Part shown: positions 18,479-28,126 of the stretch, one piece after another | How positions within the stretch are numbered: position 1 is the stretch's first letter | Layout: each line of letters opens with the position of its first letter | Assembly: GCA_020627945.1 (NCBI GenBank) | Contig: JAHDFW010000001.1 | Span: 5,603 to 69,602 of the forward strand | Origin: Cytophagales bacterium | GTDB taxonomy: Bacteria; Bacteroidota; Bacteroidia; Cytophagales; JAHDFW01 | DNA: 64,000 nucleotides | Direction of reading: 5' to 3' | Translations under genes and position numbers: made by a program | The notes under the pieces: generated by a model | Told to the model about the DNA's origin: nothing | Seen by the model: the letters and a program-made list of their open reading frames with translations, nothing else | The model's database searches: none

Positions 18479-19594
18479 TCAAATCTGCACTGAGCTTCGA
18501 TCAAATACAACACCTAAAATATTTTTACTAAAAGTGGAAAAGTCAAATTCTCCTGAACGCAACTTAGACATAGAAGAAAACCTTCTATACAAAGACTGAT
18601 TTACCATTAGGTTAAAAACTACCTTTTCCAGCTTACTTGAATTTCGACTATCCACACACTGACCAAACAAATTGTCTCCAACGAGTTCTTTAACACCTCC
18701 TACTGGCGGTACAACTACCGGAATTCCATAGCTCATAGCTTCCAAAACTGTCATTCCAAATGTCTCTACCCATTCATCTGGTTTTGATAAATTAAGCACC
18801 ACACTTGCCCGTTTATAAAACCGATGAACATCATTTTGAGCAGGGTAAATAAAAAGGTTCTCGGGAAGATCCTTCCCTGCAAAAAAGAAATCTAACTCAT
18901 TTCGGGATGCATTTAACACCAATTCAAATTTCATATATGGAAACGTAAAGGCTAGATTTACAAACTCATTGACCCCCTTATATCCTTTTAGCGAACACAA
19001 CATTAGCACATAAAAATCTCCTCTTCTAGTAGCTAAATGATTTCTACTTTTATTAAAAAACTCTGGGGAAAGACAGTTATATACTACTTTATTATTCACC
19101 TTTTTTAGCGCTTCATGTTGCAACGCATATTTGGAAACGTAAACTGCCGTGCTCGCACAATAGTTAGCCACTAACTTTAAAAACCATTTAAACATTAGAG
19201 GTCGTATTGATGTTTCATGAATATGATAAACCACCTTCTTATTCATAAACTTTCCAGCGAGCGCCGCTCCAAAAGGAAGCAGCGTATTCACATAAATAAT
19301 TACATCTTCATTTCGATATGAAAAGAGCTTAAAAAACAATTGAAACTGACTAATCAACAAGTTGATGAAAGTAACGAGCTTAAAACGCTCACTTCTTCGA
19401 TAATCAAAATAATTAAGATCAGCTTCTTTTATGTCAGATAAGAAACCTCCATGCCGACTCTTTGAGGTAAACACCTGGACTGGCACTTGCTTATCCAACA
19501 AACTTTTTATCACGTAGGAACCTACTTTAGGGCTACCACTATAATCATCTTTTAAATGTGCAAATAGAACTTTAGGAGTCGATATATTCATCAT
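18479..19594 (-). CDS. Glycosyltransferase family 4
   Basis: The EX7E-type motif region is ETFGMTVLEAMSYGIPVVVPPVGGVKELV. The fold length is GT-B-like. Confidence 0.8.
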   Translation of the reverse strand: MMNISTPKVLFAHLKDDYSGSPKVGSYVIKSLLDKQVPVQVFTSKSRHGGFLSDIKEADLNYFDYRRSERFKLVTFINLLISQFQLFFKLFSYRNEDVIIYVNTLLPFGAALAGKFMNKKVVYHIHETSIRPLMFKWFLKLVANYCASTAVYVSKYALQHEALKKVNNKVVYNCLSPEFFNKSRNHLATRRGDFYVLMLCSLKGYKGVNEFVNLAFTFPYMKFELVLNASRNELDFFFAGKDLPENLFIYPAQNDVHRFYKRASVVLNLSKPDEWVETFGMTVLEAMSYGIPVVVPPVGGVKELVGDNLFGQCVDSRNSSKLEKVVFNLMVNQSLYRRFSSMSKLRSGEFDFSTFSKNILGVVFDRSSVQI

Positions 19595-19615
19595 TTTTTG
19601 ATTTATGCTAAATGG

Positions 19616-20884
19616 TTAAACAATGGGTTGTGGAACTTCAGAACGGAAAAGAGATTGATAAACAGAAGACAACAATTCTCCTCTCACATTCCATTCAAAA
19701 TTTTGAGTAAACAAAGCTTTGGAAGATTTTGAGTAACGTTCAAGCTCCCATCGATTTCTGTATAAACAATTTAAAGAAGTCGAAAACTGATTTATACACC
19801 TATGATATTGACTATAGGGAACTTTTACTCCAACATCGCTGGTAACAAACTCTCCAGGGCCGTAATTGTCAAAACAAAGAATTGGAAGTCCTGCAGACAT
19901 GGCTTCGGCTACGACCATTCCTGCTCCTTCATGGGACGGAAATAAAAAAACATGTGAATTACTGTAAATTTGCTTAAGTTCTTCCCTTTTAACCCATGAT
20001 ATAATTGTAATCGCGTCCTCCAGCTGCATTTCCGAGATAAGTTTACGCAACTTAGGCTCTTCAGGACCTTTACCCACCAACGTTAGATGTGGCCGTTTAC
20101 TACTTCGGCCGTTTACCACACCGTTATAAAACTTAGCAAATGCCTTAATAGTAATATCAAAGCCCTTAAGCGGCACAAATCGCCCTACAGAAAGTACATG
20201 AAACTCAGCTTTCGTAGAAGTGGAAGTGGATGCTGCCATACTATCAGAAGCTACAGATGGCATCCGAATTTCCTTCTCGCCTATGTTATAGATCTTATCC
20301 TTTACAGAGGAATTCATCGTAAGAATGACATCTGAGTTCAATTTGGTAAGCCAAAGTAGCGGACTAATCTTCCATGCATAACACTTAACCATCCACTTAA
20401 GACGATCTTGTATGTACGTTTTCATTCCATAAATCGGAAGAACAAATGCTTTAGGAATTTTCGGATGATGACCTATCGGTCCCCAAACTTTAGGTTTTCG
20501 TAGCAACCAAAGAAATGAAGGAGTCCAATCATTATGAAAGTTTAGATTATGAACAATATCAAACCTAAGATTCGATGATTTAACTTTCGCAATTAAGAAA
20601 AGTTGCCAAAAAAAGTAATAAACTAATGCACCTCTCTCTCCTTTTTTCCAAAACCTCATCCAGTATGGCAAATCAAAATAAACAAAACTCATGGAAGCAT
20701 ATAGCGAACTAGGATGCTCCTTCATATATTTTTCAATATGCTCTCTATTATTTTTGCGGGTTAACAATATTACGTTTTGAAATCTAGCAATCTGTAAAGC
20801 AAAATTCCAACCCATACCATCTTCTGATCCTTTGAATGGATTCATGGCATATGCCGTAGCTAAAACCGTTATTTTATGATTCAT
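19616..20884 (-). CDS. Glycosyltransferase family 4
   Basis: The sequence contains PSHEGAGMVVAEAMSAGLPILCFDNYGPGEFV. The length is GT-B-like. Confidence 0.8.
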   Translation of the reverse strand: MNHKITVLATAYAMNPFKGSEDGMGWNFALQIARFQNVILLTRKNNREHIEKYMKEHPSSLYASMSFVYFDLPYWMRFWKKGERGALVYYFFWQLFLIAKVKSSNLRFDIVHNLNFHNDWTPSFLWLLRKPKVWGPIGHHPKIPKAFVLPIYGMKTYIQDRLKWMVKCYAWKISPLLWLTKLNSDVILTMNSSVKDKIYNIGEKEIRMPSVASDSMAASTSTSTKAEFHVLSVGRFVPLKGFDITIKAFAKFYNGVVNGRSSKRPHLTLVGKGPEEPKLRKLISEMQLEDAITIISWVKREELKQIYSNSHVFLFPSHEGAGMVVAEAMSAGLPILCFDNYGPGEFVTSDVGVKVPYSQYHRCINQFSTSLNCLYRNRWELERYSKSSKALFTQNFEWNVRGELLSSVYQSLFRSEVPQPIV

Positions 20885-20908
20885 TAAATTCTTATTATTG
20901 GTTAATAC

Positions 20909-21625
20909 TTATGCCGCGTTCGACACACTGGCAATCTGTGCACGGTCTTTTATTACCTTGGCTGGCACACCTGCTATCACTGAATAAGCAGGCATAGACT
21001 GAGTCACCACGGCTCCTGCTGCAATCACACAGCCTTCACCTATAGTTACTCCGTCCAAAATGGTAACTTTTGATCCTACCCAACAGTTTCCGCCTATCTT
21101 AATTCCTTTTCTTATGGTCCCCTGATATCTTATTGGTGTCTTTAGGTCACTGAATTGATGATTTTCGGGGTGACAACTGAAATATTGCCCCACAATACAA
21201 TCATTGCCAATTTCTAATCCTCCTGCTCCTCCTAAATAAGCATACTCACCTATACCTACATTGTCCCCAATCTTTATAAATTCTCCAATACTGTTGAATG
21301 ATGTAGAAACGATAAGCCTACAAAAAGCTCCAACACCAACATTATCTCCGATTATAATACCTTTTTTACCGAGCGCACTGAGATGAGTAAACTCCCCTAT
21401 TTTAACCATGTTCCCCATGGTGATTTTTGACTTATGAAATAGCCTAACTCCCCTTTCTAAAAAAATCAGATTGAATTGCTTATTGTAAATCATCATTCTA
21501 ATTCCTCGCAGTAAGCATCGGCTCTGATGCACGGTCAAATTAAAAATCATTGTGATGTCCACGGATGGATCAAATTCAAATTGAGGGTTTCTCAAGCGTA
21601 TTATTCTTTGAATAATTTTCTTCAT
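20909..21625 (-). CDS. Hexapeptide-repeat (LbH) O-acetyltransferase
   Basis: It has repeated [LIV]G-x4 hexapeptides (IGDNVGVGAF, IGDNVGIGEYA, IGNDCIVGQ, IGGNCWVGSKVTILDGVTIGEGCVIAAGAVV). Confidence 0.8.
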   Translation of the reverse strand: MKKIIQRIIRLRNPQFEFDPSVDITMIFNLTVHQSRCLLRGIRMMIYNKQFNLIFLERGVRLFHKSKITMGNMVKIGEFTHLSALGKKGIIIGDNVGVGAFCRLIVSTSFNSIGEFIKIGDNVGIGEYAYLGGAGGLEIGNDCIVGQYFSCHPENHQFSDLKTPIRYQGTIRKGIKIGGNCWVGSKVTILDGVTIGEGCVIAAGAVVTQSMPAYSVIAGVPAKVIKDRAQIASVSNAA

Positions 21626-21670
21626 TGTAATCTTGGTAATAAGGTTGTAGTTAAATTCTTAATGCATTAC

Positions 21671-24409
21671 TTATGCTGCTCTGGAAAACTCTTTCATTAT
21701 AAACTGAAGAGTACGATTCAACTCGATATTTTCCAATGCCACAAAACGTGATTTGCCATATTTTTTGTCAAATTCTCGGAACAAGCTGATGTACCTTTTA
21801 TTTAACTTATCAATAGTGTTTGCGTTCAACTCCTTCTTTCTTCGTTGAATTACAGATGCCGACGCATGTAGAAAAACATTTAATCTCGGCTTAAGAAGAA
21901 TCCTAAATAGTCCTTTGGGCAAAATTTGAGGTAGTACTATATTGGACCTCTTGGAATCGTTTATAAAATCATAGTAATAGCGATCATAAATCACGATATA
22001 CCCAAACATCACGTACTTAAAAAACACGTAGAACTGACCGAAAAAATAGTCGATAAAATAATATGAGAAACGAAATAATGAACCTACAATACTTTGATTA
22101 GTCCCCATTCTTGGCAACCGTTTAGCGGCAAGACTTTCAGCTCTCTCCTTCCCTTTTGTATACGAACTAAGGATGGGTATTAAAGAAGGTCTGTGACGAA
22201 GTACAACTACCTTACGGCGGTACTTTTGAGCCACTTTTACTTTAAGTTTATCAATAACGGTAGATTTGCCCGCACCATCTACTCCACTTACGGTAATAAT
22301 AAATCCAAGGTTGTGTCGAAATTCAATAGCCTTATCTATGACATGCAGAACAAAGTTCACTCCTCGTCTAAACAAATTATTGCGTTTATAAGTATTTATC
22401 CTCTTGGCAACTTTTGCATGCTTAAATTTAGAATAACGACAAAGGCTAGATATACATTCACTCGGCAGCAAATATCTACCCTGAATGTATTTTGCGATTC
22501 TAACTTTTTCGAAAAAATTAAGGCGTCCAAAATAGACTTGGTATTTGTGAGGAACCGAAGCCCCGTTTAGAAGATAAAACAGGAATATATACTCAAAATC
22601 CATTTTCACATCAGGAACCATAATTCCTGCTTTATTTGGTCTTGCTGCAATCAACAGCCTATAAGAATCAAGATAAGTTGTTGTCTTTCGCTTAAAACGG
22701 TGAATTAAGTCTACACTTAAAAAACTTCCATCTCGAAAAAACAACTCCACTTTGGTCATATAAGATAAGGCCTGAACAAAATGCTTTTCAACCGTCGATT
22801 TACTAGTGAGGTAAGCCACCATGGACTGTAAATCCTCCTTACAAACCAACACATCCAAATCAGATGACTCTTTAATGGCCTTAAGTTCGTACTCTGTAAA
22901 CTTAAGTACTGCATAACGTTTATTCTTAATCCGTTCTATAAACGATGAAATTGCTTCCTGACGATTGGATTTATCGGCTTTTATAGATAAAACATCAAGC
23001 AACGCTTCTTCCCAAACCTCGAAAAGCCAGTCTACTTGTGTATGCAGTTTTTCTTGTCTTAAATAAACATTGAGGTAATGACTTATGTTAATAGCTAGGT
23101 AAAGTGATAAATGTAATTGAACATCAATCCCATAAGAGACTATAACTTGGTGTACTTCAGGTAGTGACAATGCACGATTAAGATCATTCTTAATCTTTTT
23201 ATAAGAATCACGTTTAACCAAAATACCAGTCTGAAATACAAAATGAAAAAGATCATACAGCAAAGGCTTCGCTGGATCACCATTTTCCCAATCAACAACT
23301 GCCAATGCTTCTTTATCTATAAAACAATTCCAAGGAGTAAAGTCACCATGAGCAAAAGCCAAAGGAATACTTGCGGTTGTATCAATAGAATCTAAAACCT
23401 GATTTAGCAAAGCATCCAATCTCTTAAACTTTCCAATGACTTGATAATGCTTTCTTACGCTATTCTCAATCCCACACTTTACTAAAAATTTGGTCTCTTG
23501 AATATCTTCATATGATACTTCAATTTCATATAAATTGCGTAACGCTTTAATGTGATATTGACCGAACTCCATACTTCGCTTGGACTTTGGAGATCGTACA
23601 TTTGAGCTACACAATACACTTCTATGGTCCCAAGTAATATTCTTAGGAAGAATCAAATCTTTCAGGTCTTCCTGATTCAGCTCATCTAACATTTTTGCCT
23701 CTTGCTCCACTAACTCAAAAGATTTACCACGAAGTGGAATTTTAAGATAACTCATGGTATTTCGACCATCGTTGAGTTCCACTATTGCCTTACGATCTGG
23801 ATTAGGAGTCCCTAAAAACAAAGAATAAGAACTTGCGTGTAAAGACTTTATAAGCTTATCTAAAGACAGGTTCCCTTTATGATAAATAGTAAAAGTGCCA
23901 TCAGCTAAAAATGTTCTTAAGGGAGTTCTAAAGATATTCCTGAATACAAACTCTTTAATTTTGTCCTTCTTGGTTAACGAACTATAAAAATTCAAAAACG
24001 TAGCTCTTTTTAATGAGACTGGATATACCCATCTTAACGATCCGTCAGGATTGGTCAAATAACGAAAACTAGTAGATTGATAATTCTTCAGCCCCTTTCC
24101 TTTATTAGTTAGATCGATGATGTAATCTACTGAATCCTGTAAAGTTGAAGGTTCTCCACATTCAACTATTAAAGTAATTAACTCACCTTCATTGGCTACT
24201 TGAATTTCATTAACACAAGACAACCAAATCAAACGTATCTTTTCTCTACTAACGTTTTCATTTGAAGTCGAAAAAAACAGTTCCGATAAAAGTTGAAGAT
24301 CATTTTTTGGAATCATATTATTTAGCTTTGATATAAGTTTTATTCTACTCATACAAGAACCAAGAACATACCACATTGACAATTCGACTCTAAATGCACG
24401 TATAGACAC
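21671..24409 (-). CDS. Tri-domain protein: APH/choline-kinase-like phosphotransferase, NTP_transf_5-like nucleotidyltransferase and dTMP-kinase-like P-loop domain
   Basis: FAHGDFTPWNCFIDKEALAVVDWENGD (H354-D356 and DWE) is the kinase catalytic signature. SSDLDVLVCKEDL...LSVDLIHRF (D517-x-D519) is the nucleotidyltransferase-like signature. ITVSGVDGAGKST (around residues 706-716) plus DRYYYD is thymidylate-kinase-like. The start is uncertain: GTG at 24409, or ATG at 24376, 24352 or 24316. Confidence 0.7.
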   Translation of the reverse strand: MSIRAFRVELSMWYVLGSCMSRIKLISKLNNMIPKNDLQLLSELFFSTSNENVSREKIRLIWLSCVNEIQVANEGELITLIVECGEPSTLQDSVDYIIDLTNKGKGLKNYQSTSFRYLTNPDGSLRWVYPVSLKRATFLNFYSSLTKKDKIKEFVFRNIFRTPLRTFLADGTFTIYHKGNLSLDKLIKSLHASSYSLFLGTPNPDRKAIVELNDGRNTMSYLKIPLRGKSFELVEQEAKMLDELNQEDLKDLILPKNITWDHRSVLCSSNVRSPKSKRSMEFGQYHIKALRNLYEIEVSYEDIQETKFLVKCGIENSVRKHYQVIGKFKRLDALLNQVLDSIDTTASIPLAFAHGDFTPWNCFIDKEALAVVDWENGDPAKPLLYDLFHFVFQTGILVKRDSYKKIKNDLNRALSLPEVHQVIVSYGIDVQLHLSLYLAINISHYLNVYLRQEKLHTQVDWLFEVWEEALLDVLSIKADKSNRQEAISSFIERIKNKRYAVLKFTEYELKAIKESSDLDVLVCKEDLQSMVAYLTSKSTVEKHFVQALSYMTKVELFFRDGSFLSVDLIHRFKRKTTTYLDSYRLLIAARPNKAGIMVPDVKMDFEYIFLFYLLNGASVPHKYQVYFGRLNFFEKVRIAKYIQGRYLLPSECISSLCRYSKFKHAKVAKRINTYKRNNLFRRGVNFVLHVIDKAIEFRHNLGFIITVSGVDGAGKSTVIDKLKVKVAQKYRRKVVVLRHRPSLIPILSSYTKGKERAESLAAKRLPRMGTNQSIVGSLFRFSYYFIDYFFGQFYVFFKYVMFGYIVIYDRYYYDFINDSKRSNIVLPQILPKGLFRILLKPRLNVFLHASASVIQRRKKELNANTIDKLNKRYISLFREFDKKYGKSRFVALENIELNRTLQFIMKEFSRAA

Positions 24410-24459
24410 ATTTAGATATTAGTATGCTTTAAAATTTTCTCTATAAGAAACTAGGATTC

Positions 24460-25749
24460 TCAATTAGACACTCGAGCAATTTCTGGAAATCTACCCGAAA
24501 TCGTTAATTGAAGTTTTTGAGAAGATGTGAATACAGGGCTATATTTTATAGTATTCATCCATATAAGAATTTGATAAAAAAGGATCCCAAAATTAGTTTC
24601 ACCAAAAATTCCAAATTCAGTAAATGAATTAATTAAAATGGGGATGTAAATTCCTATAAAAGTCATTCTAACTATGCGATCATCAGACTTTAGATGCGCT
24701 CTTAGGGTAAAAATCATTTGAAAAACAACTATTGCTAAACCGATAAACCCGAGATTCATAAGCACCTGAATAAATGTATTATGTGTCATATGCCCCTCAT
24801 AGGTATGAACACTTTTAAATGCTCCAGTCCAGGAAATTCTCATAAACCCAAATCCGTACCAAGGAGATTTCTCTAATCCTTCGGTTAATAATGCTTTCCA
24901 AAAAGGCAAACGCCCTGTCATACTCAGCACCTCATCCAAGTCTCCTTGCTTTATAAAAATGAAACGAATTATCACTGGAATTGCTAATCCCATTCCAGCA
25001 TAAACCAAAAATTTCAAACTGGACTTACCTAGTTTATTGACAAACAGAAAAACAACTAAAAGCAACCCAATCATCGATGACCTGGAACCAGTCATTATTA
25101 ACGCATATAATATTACAGCGGCAAACAACAAGGTTCTCCATTTATATCTGGATTCGTTCCAGTACACCAATGCACATCCAATCCCCACAACTGCCAACAT
25201 ACCTAGCTCATTTGGGTTCATTAAGATTCCTCCCAATCTCGCAACCTCACCACCGTGAGTTAGACGAAAAAAAGTATCAGGATCAATGTACATACCAATG
25301 ACGAAAATCAGTAACACCCAAAATATCGAATAAAACAAACAGTGACTTATGGAGAGAGGAGTTTCAGCGTGATAAAAATTAAACCTTACAATGGTTTTTA
25401 TAAGGAAATATGCAAACACTAAGCTTTCAAGATCCATAACCAACTGCAACGTGGAATATCCTACGTCGGTAGACCAAAGCAAAGAAACAACTCCCATAAA
25501 TAAATAGGCGCCGTATAAAATTGGTGATAGCGTATTTTGATAGGAGAAATTCTTAAGTAAACCTTTGTTCCCCAAACTTTGATATACTAAAATCAACCAA
25601 CCCAATGTCCCCATTCGAAGAAGAATTTTTAGTACCCGCGTAATCAGAATATTCTCTGAAATAGTGAAAAAACCCACTATTTGCAATAAAAGTATCAGAG
25701 TGAGAAGTCGACCAAATTTGGATCTATTTATTGATGCTTTGCTCTTCAT
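24460..25749 (-). CDS. O-antigen polymerase/ligase family membrane protein (Wzy-like)
   Basis: It has about 10-12 TM helices. A Wzy_C-like loop is present (IMTGSRSSMIGLLLVVF). A large periplasmic loop follows. Confidence 0.75.
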   Translation of the reverse strand: MKSKASINRSKFGRLLTLILLLQIVGFFTISENILITRVLKILLRMGTLGWLILVYQSLGNKGLLKNFSYQNTLSPILYGAYLFMGVVSLLWSTDVGYSTLQLVMDLESLVFAYFLIKTIVRFNFYHAETPLSISHCLFYSIFWVLLIFVIGMYIDPDTFFRLTHGGEVARLGGILMNPNELGMLAVVGIGCALVYWNESRYKWRTLLFAAVILYALIMTGSRSSMIGLLLVVFLFVNKLGKSSLKFLVYAGMGLAIPVIIRFIFIKQGDLDEVLSMTGRLPFWKALLTEGLEKSPWYGFGFMRISWTGAFKSVHTYEGHMTHNTFIQVLMNLGFIGLAIVVFQMIFTLRAHLKSDDRIVRMTFIGIYIPILINSFTEFGIFGETNFGILFYQILIWMNTIKYSPVFTSSQKLQLTISGRFPEIARVSN

Positions 25750-25757
25750 GGATAGTT

Positions 25758-26870
25758 CTATTTCTCATAAACTTGGATTAGAGCTTCTGATATTTTATTC
25801 CAGTCAAACTGCTCAAAAACCATTTCAATGGCATTGGAACCCAAGGTATGGATGGTCTGATTTTCATGTAGTTGTTCAATCTTCAACATGGATTGGCAAA
25901 TGGTCTCTTCATTGTTTTCGATTAGAGGAATTCCCGCCTCATAGTCTCCAATATAATCTGCCATATTACTTGCTTTGCTTACAACACATGGAATTCCCAA
26001 ACTAGCCGCCTCCAATACGGCCCCCGGTAATCCTTCATTTCTGGATGGGTGATAAAACGCATCCATTTCACACAATAGATTATGTTTGTCCAAACCGAAT
26101 TGAGCACCATGAAAATGCACAAAGTTCTCCACACCCAAATCTGTAGCAAGCTTCATTAATTCTGTTAAATCTTTTCCATCTCCAATGATCGAAAGTCGAC
26201 CCGTACCATGATGCTTTTTCTTATACCTAGAGAACCCCTTCATTAAGAGATCAAGACCTTTTGTTTCAATATCTATTCTCCCACAAAACCCCATTATAAG
26301 TGAGCCATTCGTATATAAGTGACGGGTCGTAAAGTTCGAAATTTGCTGTCCATTGGGAATTAATACACTGTCTGTATTATAATTCAAGATCTTAAACGAA
26401 TCTACTTCACTTTGACCTATACAATGAATCGCTTTTGCCCTGTTAATAATAGATGACTCAACCACAGAAAGGTACAATCTCTTCAACCATTTATTCTTTT
26501 GAAGCGCTTTTGAATTATAAGCGCCATGTGGTGTGAAAAGAAATTCAATGCCCGCTTTAGTTAGCAATTCTGCCGCCACAAAAAATTCAGGTATAAATCC
26601 TCCATGAAGATGAAAAACAGCTCTTTCTTTAATCATAAGGATTTGTTTTTTTAATTCCTTATCGATCGTCCATTTCAACTTTGAGGACTGAAACAAAGAA
26701 GTAGCATAGTTTCTCTCAGGATAATTGTGAATCGGGTTTGGTGTAATTCCCCAGACTTGCACATCATAACCTAAACTGAACTGATGAGTAGCTAAGTTGT
26801 GCACTACTTTGTTTACCCCATTCATACGAAAAGGGTTTGCCTTACCTAAGATTAGATGGATAATTTTCAT
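25758..26870 (-). CDS. Glycosyltransferase family 4
   Basis: The sequence contains PSRNEGLPGAVLEAASLGIPCVVSKASNMADYI. The start overlaps the upstream gene stop by 4 nt. Confidence 0.85.
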   Translation of the reverse strand: MKIIHLILGKANPFRMNGVNKVVHNLATHQFSLGYDVQVWGITPNPIHNYPERNYATSLFQSSKLKWTIDKELKKQILMIKERAVFHLHGGFIPEFFVAAELLTKAGIEFLFTPHGAYNSKALQKNKWLKRLYLSVVESSIINRAKAIHCIGQSEVDSFKILNYNTDSVLIPNGQQISNFTTRHLYTNGSLIMGFCGRIDIETKGLDLLMKGFSRYKKKHHGTGRLSIIGDGKDLTELMKLATDLGVENFVHFHGAQFGLDKHNLLCEMDAFYHPSRNEGLPGAVLEAASLGIPCVVSKASNMADYIGDYEAGIPLIENNEETICQSMLKIEQLHENQTIHTLGSNAIEMVFEQFDWNKISEALIQVYEK

Positions 26871-28126
26871 AGATTTTTAACTTTATGATTAATAGAAAAG
26901 AAGAAGTAGCTCTGGAATATCAGCTGATTGGCAATTAGGCCAAGTACAACTCCAGATATTCCAAATTGGATCAATATGGGCTTAGCAAATAGAAGGCTAA
27001 AAACTGCACCCAAAATGTAGGCTATGAAGAGTGGTCTTGTATGCTCTAGGGTTCTTAATAAAAACCTCAAATTAATTCCTACATAAATAAGTACGTATAA
27101 AATTGAGTAACCAACAAATTGATTTCCATAACTCATTAATTCTTTAGAAAAGAAAAATCCTAAAAGCCATTCTCCGTAAAAAGTAAAGAAACACCCTATC
27201 AGAGCAGTCGCAATCGTACCCACCACAACAATTCTTAAAATAAATTTCTTTAACGCTTTCCAACCTGAATCAAAAAGAATCTTGCTTGCGCGAATTGGCG
27301 TATAATTTTCCGCTGCCAAGAAAAGTACATTCAAGACCCCTATTAAATTTTGAATCATTCTAATGGCACCAACAGCGACTGAGCCAAGTACTCCTCCTGC
27401 CACAATTATGAAAAAATTACCTGAGCACCATTGCAAAATAGAAGTCCCCAACAACCATTTTGAATATAACCAATGACGATAAGTTGCTTCTAGAAAAGAA
27501 GGCATATCTACCTTTAATCCAAACCATAATTTCCAGCGATATAAAACCCCTATCCCCTGAAGCCCAACTAGCATTAGAATCACTTGAAAAAGTTCTATTT
27601 TAGAATTAAGAATACCAATTAAACCCAAAGCCAAGAGTTGTCCTCCATATACAATCAAATCTAATTTGGCTGCTTCGAATGAATTACCAGATGCATAACT
27701 CAACTTACGTTGAAACTGTACAGTAAGAAATGTAAAAACAGCTAATTGTAATACAATACCAACTTTAATATCTAGAGTGCCAGGTAAATATTGGTTGCCA
27801 TACACCCAAATAAAAAGCCAAAGCAAAACTGACGTAACGAATACAAATGAGATATGCATTAAGCTCAATTGTTTGATATAATCATGCTTCTGCTTCAATT
27901 CCAGCTTTGGCATAAAGGTATACATTGGTGCTACAATTAAGCTTTCATGCAAACTCCCGAAAAACAATACAATCAGCCAAAGCAATGTAAAATCGCCATA
28001 CAACTCTAATCCCAACTGTTTTACTAAAAAAACTCCTAAAACAAAACTAGTCCCACTTACCAAAGCTTGATCGCCAAGCGTAATCAATTGAGGATATCTT
28101 CTAATATATCTGACTAATTTATACAT
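26867..28126 (-). CDS. Polysaccharide flippase (Wzx-like, MOP superfamily)
   Basis: It is a 419-aa polytopic membrane protein with about 12 TM helices. It begins ...LITLGDQALVSGTSFVLGVFLVKQLG, which is typical of Wzx. It sits inside the polysaccharide operon. Confidence 0.75.
   Translation of the reverse strand: MYKLVRYIRRYPQLITLGDQALVSGTSFVLGVFLVKQLGLELYGDFTLLWLIVLFFGSLHESLIVAPMYTFMPKLELKQKHDYIKQLSLMHISFVFVTSVLLWLFIWVYGNQYLPGTLDIKVGIVLQLAVFTFLTVQFQRKLSYASGNSFEAAKLDLIVYGGQLLALGLIGILNSKIELFQVILMLVGLQGIGVLYRWKLWFGLKVDMPSFLEATYRHWLYSKWLLGTSILQWCSGNFFIIVAGGVLGSVAVGAIRMIQNLIGVLNVLFLAAENYTPIRASKILFDSGWKALKKFILRIVVVGTIATALIGCFFTFYGEWLLGFFFSKELMSYGNQFVGYSILYVLIYVGINLRFLLRTLEHTRPLFIAYILGAVFSLLFAKPILIQFGISGVVLGLIANQLIFQSYFFFSINHKVKNL

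Noticed and set aside
19484-19498. A sigma-54-like GG-N10-GC element, TGGACTGGCACTTGC, lies on the plus strand.
   Set aside because: It lies inside a minus-strand glycosyltransferase CDS with no plus-strand gene downstream, and its -24 half is imperfect. The weak minus-strand candidate at 18388-18403 (TTGGAATAAAATTGGC) matches only the GG and GC dinucleotides in AT-rich DNA.
25664-26005. A 113-aa plus-strand ORF spans the wzy-like/GT4 gene junction. Three similar plus-strand ORFs span other junctions: 21527-21751, 50297-50509 and 51183-51386.
   Set aside because: These ORFs are antisense to two well-supported minus-strand genes each. They have no motifs, and the operon spacing is explained without them.
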